From Intoshia linei (Eukaryota > Animalia > Orthonectida), in contig LWCA01000056.1 in NCBI GenBank assembly GCA_001642005.1, positions 1-64,000 of the forward strand: 64,000 nt of DNA, in the 5' to 3' direction. The notes below the pieces were generated by a model. It did not search any database, was not told the origin of the DNA, and was given only the letters and a program-made list of their open reading frames with translations. Of this stretch, positions 1 to 11,800 are shown in pieces. The translations under genes were made by a program, and so were the position numbers. The number at the start of each line of letters is the position of its first letter. Positions within the stretch are counted from its first letter, which is position 1.

Positions 1-136
1 AAATTTAATTCATTAATAATAATAAAACAAATTTAAAATAACAGTACTTAAATTAATGCTTAATTCTTGTTATATATCTAAAAACTATGTAATTAATTAA
101 TTAATCAACCATAAAAAATTAAATGTTATATCATTA

Positions 137-430
137 TGTACAGTTTAATTTTATTAAAAATTTAAGATAGTTTCATTCAATAAAGGTAAAGAGTAAGAAC
201 ATTTTATCTAATGCGCAAAAACTGAAATACTCCTCAAAAAATTAATATTATAATTTTTGATATAATTGACCAAAAAAATTAATTTTGTTATTATTGTGTA
301 CAGTTTAATTATATTAAAAATATACAATTTATTAATTCAATAAGGGTAAAGATGGGAACATTTTATCTAATGCGCAAAAACTGAAATATCCCTTTATAAA
401 GTAATATTTTATTGTTGACACTATGTAAAC
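137..430. repeat. Imperfect tandem duplication, ~160-bp unit (two copies)
   Basis: tgtacagtttaatt...gaacattttatctaatgcgcaaaaactgaaata begins at ~137 and again at ~297. Confidence 0.8.
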
Positions 431-1164
431 ATTGGTAATAAAATTAATTTTGTACTCATATTTCATGAGTAATAATTTGTTCACAATTGTTATTTTTGTT
501 TGTATGCAAACAATTTAAATTTTCAGTTGATTTTTTTTGCATGCCGGTAAACAATAGTAAATTTATGATTGTATTTTTTGCATGTATACGTGTTATTGTC
601 TTGTAAAGGTTAAATTGAAAAATTTACTTATATATTTATACCGACATCTATTCTCTGGAGCGACATTCATTTGAGCGATACATCTTAGAGCGACATAACC
701 ATCAATTTTACTAATTTATTATATCATTGATTTTTTTCACGAAATTTTAGTGGGTTTATTTATTCATATTCTTTATAATTTTTATTATCTTATTTTCATA
801 ATTTCAGGATCTTAATTGGTAGGGTTTTGAAGGGAATAATTTTTAATTACCATTTTTTAAAGATTTTCATTCAAAAATATTCCCTTAAAAAACTACGAAA
901 TTTTCTTCTCAAAATTGTTTTTAAAATTTTAAAAAAATGGTAGAAAAAAATATTCCCTTAAAAACCTTACGAAAGTTATTCAAAAAAATATTGGAAAAAG
1001 AGGATATTTTCTTTAAGCATTGGTAAAATCTTATTATTCAAAAAAATATTGGAAAAATGGGATTTTTTATTCTGGGTTTTGGATTAGAAAGTTGTTGTTC
1101 ATAAGATTTGATAAATTAGGATTTTTCAAAAAAATATTGGAAAAAGAGGATATTTCCTTTAAGC

Positions 1165-1897
1165 CAGTGGTTTTCAAACTTTTTCCACCATGGACCACTT
1201 GTCACAAAAAAATATGAGTGGACCACATAATTTTTAAAAAAATCCCCCTAATCCTGAAAACGTCACTAAGGTAATATTTTTGATTTTTTTATTATATATC
1301 CTCCTTAAATCGAAAATTTTACATTAATTTTGACAAGGTAGCTTTAATGGCGTAATTAAAAAAATTCTTAATTTCAAACATACTTATGGCGATCTACCAG
1401 TGCCGTATGCGAGATCTTTCCACCGAGGGATCTCGACGAAATTTTTTTTTTAAAATGGAGGCTTTAATTTACTAAATTGAGCATTAAAAAAATTCCTGAA
1501 TATCAACTAATTTGAGTGTTAAATTTAAAATGTCAACTCAAAAGTCTTAGAAAGGTGGATAGGGTTATATGACATTATAATTCGTTTAAAAAATTTTTTA
1601 ATGGATTATTTTTCATTTTTGAAGTGGCGACGGGCTTGCTAGGTTCAATTTCGAAAACTACAATCGAACTAAGTTAAATTGTTACATAGATTAAATTTAA
1701 CACACGTGAAAATTATTCACGTTATTCAGTAAATTTTCACTTCATTTTGATTAAATGATGTTTACGTTCACTAATACTAATAATAAATGATCGATACATT
1801 GTATCATAAAATTCTAATTTATAATTATTATTGTTTAAAAAAAGATTATCTTCATTTTATTTAAAATTTTTCTTGTGGACCACTTTGAGAATCACTG
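1165..1897. mobile_element. Non-autonomous hAT (Buster/Charlie-type) element
   Basis: Termini CAGTGGTTTTCAAA / TTTGAGAATCACTG; 8-bp TSD CTTTAAGC at 1157-1164 and 1898-1905; homologous to 26133-26644. Confidence 0.85.
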
Positions 1898-2296
1898 CTT
1901 TAAGCATTGGTAAAATCGTATTTTTCATTTTGGGTTTTGGATGAGAAAATTGTTGCTCATAAGATTTGATAAAATCCGATTTTTCCATTAATCCATTAAT
2001 ATTTTTTATTAAATTTTAATGGTGTGATAACATTAGATTTTTTTAATAATAATGCAGTGGTCATCTAGGCTTTGTAATAAATTTCCAACATCTGGCAATT
2101 TGACAGAGGTACGTTGTAATAAATATTAAAAATAAACAAAAAGTTGATAAAATTTTTTTTACATTTTATTTGAATCTGACGGATCCCAAGGGGTCCAGGC
2201 AACGCCAATCGTAAACCACTGATGTATACATTTGTAATTCACATTTTGAGAAGATGATAAATATTAATCAATTTTAATTCATGTTCCAGACAATAA

Positions 2297-5200
2297 ATGA
2301 AGATTAAAATAAAAAAATTTAGAAATTGTAAATTAACAGCAGAATGGATGAAGGATATGATGAAAAATAAAAAGAAAATTTCTATTAATTATTTATTAAA
2401 CAATACAATTGATCCTTATCAAGAATTTGTTGTATTTGGTGTTATAATGTTCAAATCACCTGTTAAAACTGATTCAAATGTATTTTATATTGTATATTAT
2501 ATTACGGTTTATTACTTTTTTAGAATCAACCATTTTGTAGTTGGAATATTGGACATTTAAAAAATGAAAATGAATTTTTTAAATTACTATTATTTCGAAA
2601 CGTTTATAATGAACATTCTAAATATAATGTTGGATCAGTTATAGGAATTTTAAATGTTTCTAAAATGGATAACAAAAACAATGTATATTTTTAAAAATTA
2701 ATCAAATTTTTGCAAGTCTGTTTCTGGAGTTATTAAACGGGGAATTTTTTTATCAGTCTTTATAGACGTGGAAATTGATAAAAACAGATTAGTTTTATCG
2801 AAAATGACAGCCCACGAAAAAATTGGTAAAATTTTTTCTCTAAATTAACTGAGTTAACTGTATCGGAATAATTTATTTTTAATTCTAGTACTTTTTTTAT
2901 TTAATATTTTTTGTTCCAATAAAATATAGTTACTAAATAAAAAACATGATACTAAAGAAATTTTTGACGTGAAGGCGTCAAAATTAATGAAATTAAATTT
3001 TTTTCAGTAAGTTAACTGGAAATAACTTTTTAAATAGGGTAATTTGAGGTGATTTATGATAATTGTCATGGTTTTAAAAACTACCCCAAATTTATGTTAT
3101 ATAAAATTCTGTTTATTTTTTCATTTTTAAAAAAAGGGTAATTGAACGTTTTGACCGTGAAGATGAAGTTTCTCAGGTTGAGATTTACGAAAATATTAAT
3201 GTATGTTTTTTTAAATTATAGGGCTAATTTTATTTTTCAAAAAGTTTTTGACCGCGATGGACTCTATTTTTGAAAATCACATTTATTGTAAAACATTACT
3301 TTCGAAAAGCCATATTAGAAATTGAGTTTTTTAAATTCGAGGACACTTAATTTTTTAATTAAGCGGTAATACACACATACATTCGATTTTATATAAGTAT
3401 AGGACTACTCTAAAAAAATGAGATTAGTAAAATTTGCCCCGTTAGAAAAAAGAATAAGAACTTGTCATATATCGATCTTTGGTTTATCGATTTTATTCGC
3501 ATTCATTTATACACATTTTATTTGAAACATTTAGTATAAATCAGATGCATACACAGTGAATAATAAAAATCAAATCGTTATATTAGGTGAATCTGCTGAT
3601 ATTGGCTTTTGTAAGGCTTCTAAATTGGACAGAACAATTTGCAAGGCTATCATTGATATGTATGCTTAATAAGCTTATAAATATATTTATATTCTAATTT
3701 AATTTTTAAGAGCTAAGTTTTATGAATTATCTGTATAAACTTAGGTATAGCCTTTGGTCTAGAAATATTTAAGTATCAACTGGGGAAACAGTTATGCTCT
3801 GTTTTATCATATTTTCAAAATTAATATTTAAATGTAGGTTCAAGTGTGGCACATTTTTCAATATCACGCTCCAATTTTTGATTTCTATCTTTTCGGAGCC
3901 GTAACTTATATATGAGACATTTTCTTCCTAAATTAATTTGATTTATAATTGCTAATGCATATATGAAAAAATTCCACACATTTGACTGTCCGTTTATTTT
4001 TTCGGAAATTGTTTTCAAATAAATTGTATTGTATTTATTTGGTTTTTTCAAATTTTAAATTACAAATTTTCGGTATTTTTAATTTTTTGTATGTCGCATT
4101 ATTCCTTTGGAAACCCTGATTTAATTGACGAAATAGATAGATAGATGTCAACATCCCTGCGAAAAACTGTATTAGAAATTGGGTTTATTTAAATTTTTCG
4201 ACCGTAAATTTTTTAAATACATGTATACCATGGGTTATTAAACTGGGATGCAGAAAATTTTTGAATAAAAATCATTTTACAGCTATATTTTTTAAACTTG
4301 AATAAAGTTTCGAAAGTATAGTTAAATTAATGTCAAATTCTGTTTATTAATATAAAACATATTTAAATATTAACATACATGTGTGTCAAAAAAAGAAAAT
4401 ATAGTGATTATATTCGTTATGGATTCACTAAAATAAATGATATTGATTAATCGAACAAATCACAGTGGTTTTGATGTTTAAAGGTTTTTTCTAATTCAAA
4501 TTTAAAGCCATTTTAGCCATTACATCTTTAAATGTTATGTTACCGTAGTTATATTGTTAAATTTTGGGATTGCCAAATAGAAAAATGTTAAGAACCCATG
4601 ATGTACATGTGTGAATAATAATATTGTATACGGTAACAGAGAGACAGGCTACATTCAATTATATATAAGTAAAGGATGATATTGTTAAAAAATGTACGTG
4701 CATTTATCAAATTATATATTTTTGGAATGTGGCCTGATGTTTGAAATGGGTTTCCAACCCCTGATATAATCTCCTGTAAGCTACCGATTGATACTTATTA
4801 TTTTATTAACATAATAACCGTTAAATAATAATTAAATAATTATATTATATTACTTAGACGTTATGGGAATTATTGTAATTTTCATGTTCAATCGGCATAT
4901 AAAAAACAAACAGGTAAACGTGGTGTATTAAATTCAAGGTAATGTATTGATTATGCTTGTAAAAATTTTACAATGTCCCATTTGGTATATTAATAGATTT
5001 GGTTTTCCCTATTAAATTGGTTATTAATCGGGTTCTGCACTCGCTAGGGGTGGGTCGATTTTTCTTTTTTACTAATTAATGAATTAATTAGTTGATTACA
5101 AAAAAATTAAATTTGTAAAATCACAAGATGAAATGATGTATTTAAACCAAATTTCAAATCTAAAGAATTTTTTTAAAAATTTTTTGACTCAATTACTGAA

Positions 5201-8200
5201 TGTTATCATTATTTATATTAAATATTTAATGTTTATATTAGTGTTTCTCAATCTGTATTATGTCATCGCTCATTGATTATCATTATATTCGAATTCATTT
5301 TTTCTACTCCCCGTAAATAAACAAATAATTACAAATTTTGATTAAATATGAAATGTACAAATACAATGTAATCGAACGTTGGATATTTATCAATTGAGCT
5401 ATAAATAAATAATTTTTAATTAATATTTGTTATAAATTTTGATTTGAAATATTCATTTAAATAAACAAGCCAAATCGTTCACTAATGGCATTGCGATCTC
5501 ACTCAGTTTGGGAGACACTGGTTTATTTCATTTTTATATTAGTTATTCTGGAATAATCCCGAAAAAATATTCAATTTTAAACAAACTAAATGAAAAAAGG
5601 CAACAATTTTTAACAAAACAAGAACCTAAAAAGTAATATTTTAACAAAATTTATTATAACATAATCAATGTGTAAATTTATATTATTGTATAAAATAGAC
5701 TTCAAGAATTAGAGTTCTGTAACGGTTAACTGGTTTTGTAACATGCCGATAAAATTTATTATAAATTCTGAGAAAAAGTGGTTATATTATATTGTTAACA
5801 AGCTGACCATGGCCGTTTAAGCAATGTTTCTCAACCGGTGCGGCTGGCGCACTAATTCGCTTGAGCAAATTTTATGTGTGCCCAGAAAAAAATTGAAAAC
5901 GAGTTATATACCATTTTACAGATGGTCAGTTGTAGTACATCTGATTTTTTTGTACTGAAACAACTTTTTTTCTTAAATGTATAGCTTTTCCTTACAAAAT
6001 ATTATACTATAGCAAAGATTTTTAGTAAACACCCAACTAATGTACTATTTTTACGATTTTTTATTTTCTTGTGCCACAATAAAAAAAGGTTAAGAAACAT
6101 TGGTATAAAGGCAAAATAAGAAGATCAAATTAACCCTAAGCCTTTATATACAAATCCGCACCGTGATTGAGTTAAAACTCTGATTTGGTGTTAACTGCTC
6201 TACAGGGCCCACTACAAAAAAATACTAGTGGGTACTGGTCGAAAAATGTAGACCTTTGAGGTTTTTAGTTATTTTTGTATCGTGATCCAACACCTGTAAA
6301 AAAGGTTTATATTGTATACTTTTACAGACAAAAGGTTTTATCAATTGAGAATATAAAGTCAAATATTACCCATAAAGATTTTAAAAATTCAACGTTGGAT
6401 CAACTGAATATTTCTTTAGCAAGTGATACTATTACTCAAAAATCATCAAAAGAAGATTCCTTGTAATATTTAATTTTTGCTAATTATCAAAATCTATACA
6501 TTACACCCTACAGAAACACATCTTTAGCAACTTTTGATTTATATAATTAAGGATTAATACTCTCTAAATTTAATTACAATTTTATGGAGATTTTTCGAAA
6601 TTATTTATTTATTTTATTTAAAAACCTATGCATTTTTTAATGATCCGATTATAATGATTGATTTTTATGCCAAAACCCGTTTTTCAAATTTTGGAATAAT
6701 TACACATGTTGAAATGTTAATTGTATATGAATGAATCATTATATAGCATTTATATCGAAATATAAATTTATATTTAGTTGTAAACTTTTAAGTGTTTCGT
6801 CAATTGGATCAATGAATTTAGTAAAATGCATGAAAAGTAATGGAAATTCGTTTGGTATATTTTAAAAATTAGACTACATTTAAAAATGTAGTTATTGCAG
6901 TGGTTATCACTGTCTTTACGAAAGGTCTGAAACTTTTTTTAATAAATAAATATTTTGTTATTTTTAGCAAGTTTTTTAGAACTGTGATTACTTTGATGTT
7001 TTCATGAAATTGGTATTTTGGGCAGATCTAATATCCTAATAAATTAGATTTCAATCAACCCATTTTTTTAAAAATATAATAAATACATTGATAATTAAGA
7101 CTATTAATACTGTGTATCAACATTATTTTTTGTTGTTTCCTGGTATTATTATGTAATTTAATGGCGTTATTAATATATTATAATTATGTTGTTACATATT
7201 TAGATAAATATAGGGACAAAGAAAATTTTCAGGTAAATAAAAATAAAAAGGCTTCCGATTTACTTGGCGAATATGACAAATCTTGTAGGAATCGTTTTCA
7301 AAATAATTACAACAAACCTGTTAATAAAGTGGATTTTATTAATTTAAACATGATAAATCGAAATCCAATAAAAATGACGTCAGTGGAACTGAACAGGGTA
7401 AATTGAATATTACATTCTTGTCAGTTAAAATCAACGTTCGCATCAAACTGACAGTTTATTAGAAATTATAAAAATTTTCAATTGAGTATAATCTTTAGGG
7501 TTTATTTCTATCGAATTAAGGATTGTTAGTATATTTTTATCTTGACAAATGACTGATTTTTAACAAAACATTTAACCTAAAAATGACTAAAATGTTTTTC
7601 TAAATATCAGCTAAAAAACAACAAAAAACGAAAATTATCTCATTTATCTGCTTTGCAATCCATTAATGGAAAAATTGATATACCCGATCCAAATTGTACC
7701 CAAAGAAATAAAATTAAAAAGTTGAATGTCATGAACCCAGAAAAAGATGTGGGTATCATTCCATGTTGCAATTTTATTACTTTATTTAGATAGAAAAAGT
7801 AACATTGTAAATCAAAATGATATAAATTTTTTATTGACGCCGTCAGTATTTGAAGAATGCTTGGATGAGGTAATTTGATAAATAATTATAATTATTAGTT
7901 ACTAATTAGTAATTTACATTAAACTAACATATTTTAGATTGAAATGATGAAACTTTATGAATTTTTTGATAAATGTGAAATGGAAGAAAAAATGCTTGAA
8001 AAAATGTCAAATATTACATCTGTTGATTGTAGAATATTTATATGTAAAGAGGTTTTAAATTTTAATGTTTTGTTCCTATAATCTTACTTTTAGTGTAACT
8101 ATGTTGCACCAAGAGTTTCTCATTTATGTAAATCTAAAGGACACAAAGTCCAATTAAAAAAAACTCAAAGGCGTTATTTTCAATGTAAAAATTGCAATTA

Positions 8201-8790
8201 TTCTTGCAGTACAATTTTAAAATATCCCATTAATGGATGCAAGTAATGTTTTTATTGATCGTGGTTCAAAAAATTGACTACTGAAAACGTTTAAAAAAAA
8301 TTACGATACGATCTGGTTCTCGTGATCTAGAATTTTATCGTTATGTCAATGAATACTCAAATATTTTAATTATTTTATTAGAAGATGCAATGGAACATAT
8401 TTTGTACCAAGTTCAATGAATCCAGTAATTTTTATTTTAAATTACGAGTGTTTGTTGTTTTATTCAGTGAAACAGGCGTAAAAATTAGTTTTTTTTGTAG
8501 TAGGTACAAGTTATTTTCTATTTAAGGTTGGTAAAATTAAATTTTAACATTGGCTGAAATTTCAAGCGAGCGTTTGCATGGCGGATGTTGTAATGTTCAG
8601 ATTACAGTGATGCAAAACGGTCTGAAGTATTTCTGTTTTAGTTATTTTCATGCTTCAGAACGTATTGCAAATCCAAATTTCGAATATACATTGTTTTAAT
8701 TTTATTTGTAAATAAATGAACATTTATTAGGACAAAAAATGTGAAAAACCAAAATTAAATCTAAGAGGAAATGAAAAAAAATTTATATAA
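2297..8790 (+). CDS. MCM10: MCM10 replication initiation factor (multi-exon; 5' end may lie upstream, likely acceptor at ~2322)
   Basis: Spliced exons give OB fold FVVFGVIMFK...FCSWNIGHL...LLLFRNVY...GSVIGILN and CCCH Zn finger LGESADIGFCKASKLDRTICKAIIDIRYGNYCNFHVQSAYKK (3535-3659 + 4858-4938). C-terminal Zn region EEKMLEKM...ICKECNY...CKSKGH...RYFQCKNC...CKRC ends LNLRGNEKKFI* (TAA 8788-8790). Confidence 0.92.
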
Positions 8791-8837
8791 CATGTAAATA
8801 TTAACAAATATACACTTGATGTATATTTAAATAAAAT

Positions 8838-11800
8838 TTAAAGTTTCAAACCATTTTTCGCCAATTTGTGTGCTGCGTCATTTTGTACATTTTTAGAGTG
8901 GCCTTTGACTTTTATCTAATTTAAATTTTCACAATTAATACATTAATGAAATTACACAATCAATATTAATTCTGTCCGTATTTCTTACAATTTCTTGAAT
9001 TAAATGAAGGTTTTTGATAGTTTTATTATTTGAAGTTTTCCAATTGTTTTTAATCCAGTTAAATCTCCAGGTTGTTATACCTAGCGTAATATATACTCCC
9101 TCGCAAAAATTTTGCAATTAATATAAACCAATCTAAACTACATGCTGTTTTTCAATTTTTTATATATTAAACGATTTGGCAAGATCTTTCATTGGTAAAA
9201 AAATCTGAAAAATGTTGTAGAAATTGAAGTTTTTAATTATTTTGTTACTTTGAACGTCTCACCAATTTTGCAAAACTATCGAAAACAATAAACTCGGATT
9301 TTCTGACAAATAATTGTTTTTAAACTGTTTTCATTATCGCAAATGACACTGTCAAATAATATTACAAAATTAGTAGAAAAAGATTTGAAGGATGGTATCG
9401 AAAAGGTAAATATCGCAAAAACCCGCTATGTTTCCCTTAGAACAATTTATAACATTTCAAATGAATAAAGATCAAATCGAAACGAATTACAACTTTAAAA
9501 AAAGAAATTAAAGTCTGCTGATGGGGTGTAAAAATCTGGAAGGATTGTTACATCCACATCCGTTACTGTCCGTATGCAATGTGCTCCTTCAAGAGCAAAT
9601 ATTTGACGGTCCCTTAATGATAGAGGTTTGAAGTATCGACGTTCATTGCAAAAAATGACATTGACTGATGCACAAAAGAATGGCCGCCTAAATTTTGTAC
9701 GCAAGCTTTTTTTAAAAGGGTTGATATCGATAAAATCGTATTTTCGGATGAGTGTAGGTTTTTTATATGAAAGTAATAATCTCATGTCGTGCAAACCATT
9801 AAAACTGCGACAAAGAGCATTTTAAGGTGGATCCATAATAATTTGGGGTTGTTTAACATCTTGCGGGAGTTATGATTAGGAAATTAGACCATATTGTTAA
9901 TAGCTATTCTTATAAAAATTTTTTATTTGAATATGTATTTACTAAACTAAGTAACAGTTCCTGACTTTGTCTTTCAACAAGATAATGCTAGACCTCATGT
10001 GATCAAAAAAACAAGGTAAAGGTTTGCTGCTGAATCAATAAAATTATTAGGTTGGCCTCCTTATTCTCCTGATAATCCCAATATAAAATCTATGGTCAAT
10101 TATGAAAAATCAGCTATATGATGGTTCACAATTCAATTCGAAAATGCATGTATGGCAGAAAATATCTCATATAAGATATTATAAAATAATTTCAAAGGAA
10201 AAAGACATGATTATAAGGCTACATAAATCATTTAATTCAAAAATGTACGAGGTTATGATGAATAATGGAAATTTGATAGATTTATAGAATATAATATATA
10301 TTTAATATATCAATAAATAATTATATTTATTGTTTTGCAAAATTGTTCAGACTTTCACATATACTTAAAAATGAAAAAGATAAATTTCTACGAATTAATT
10401 CGACCCATTTTTTTATTTTTTTTAGCCTACGATAGATCTTGCTTCGCTGATTAATATATAAAATATTCAGACAGTTAGAGTATCACTAAGACTAGTTTCT
10501 AATAATTGCAAAATTGCTGCGAGGGAGTATAATATATTTTTTATTTCTCGAATTCGCTCTCATTACACTGTCCAACAAAATTTCGACAAACTGACCCAAA
10601 CTTTTGTTATATGTAAGTGAACCAGTATACATCTATTTTTAAAAAAAATTTATTAATTTCCAGATCGACTTTGGATTTAATTAAGGGACAAAGTTTTTTT
10701 TTAAAGAGGTACACTCCGCCGTGAGATCTATTTACAATTAATATTGTATATTACAAATGGTAAAATTGACAGATAGATATACACGTCTATGTATGTATAA
10801 AAAAAATTGTCATTAATTATTTAATTACCTTAATTAATTAACTCTAATTTTAAGGCAACATCGACAAACAATATGAAATAAAAATTTTCTGGATGTACTA
10901 CTTACATTACATGTAAAATCAACTTTTTTGGGTTACTTCTAGACGAATCTTGTTCAATATCAAGGATGTAAGTTAGGCATTCTCAACCCTTTTTCGCTGT
11001 GGACCCCTAAGATGATATTACAAAAAACCTATGGACCCCAAAAAAATTAATAATAATGACAATTTTTAATGAATCATTACAGTTGGGTGAAACGAATGAT
11101 GGTCAAAAGACTCTGACATGACATGGAGTACTCTATTTTTGCGAGATGATAAACTTTATGAACTATTAATATTCACCTGTAACCCGTCAATGTTCCCAAA
11201 ATAGAACATGTTTTTCAGGTATTGTTTACTACATATTTTATCAGATAAATAAAAAGTCTATATTATCTATCTTCCTTGTGAAAATTAATATTTTATATCC
11301 CTTGGTTGATGTTTGATGTCCCATTTTCAATTTGAAATTTAAAGCTTTTTTTATGACTAGAAACTTGGCTCGGTAATTAATTTTTATAAAATAATTAAAT
11401 AAAACCGCTGCTCCTAAAATAGAACAATGGAGGTTTCCTAAAAAGTTTTTACACTTTTAAGTAAGTTAATACCAGAGAATTTACTTTTACATGATTTTCA
11501 CGTTTTATATTAGTATTTCTGAGCCTTTATGTTTTAAAAACGACTTTATGTTACTGAAAATGTTTATAATATGTAATAAATGTATATACTTTTCATGGAC
11601 CACAAAAAAGTGCTGTGGAACCCGTTGAGAATGGCTGATGTAAGTGATAGACATAAATTTCAAAAATTAAGATATAAGAACGTATCAATTAAAAATATTT
11701 AATAAAAAAAGTAATAATTAGATAAATTTAAAATTTACTTTTTTATTGAACACTACCAAAAAAATCACAAATCATATTTAATGATCTACATCTTCCAAAA

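Noticed and set aside
960-1160. Short spaced direct repeats (caaaaaaatattggaaaaa) resembling a CRISPR array
   Set aside because: Irregular low-complexity repeats inside a MITE in a eukaryotic genome; no cas genes
9495-9794. 99-aa minus-strand ORF
   Set aside because: Antisense to the decayed Tc1 transposase
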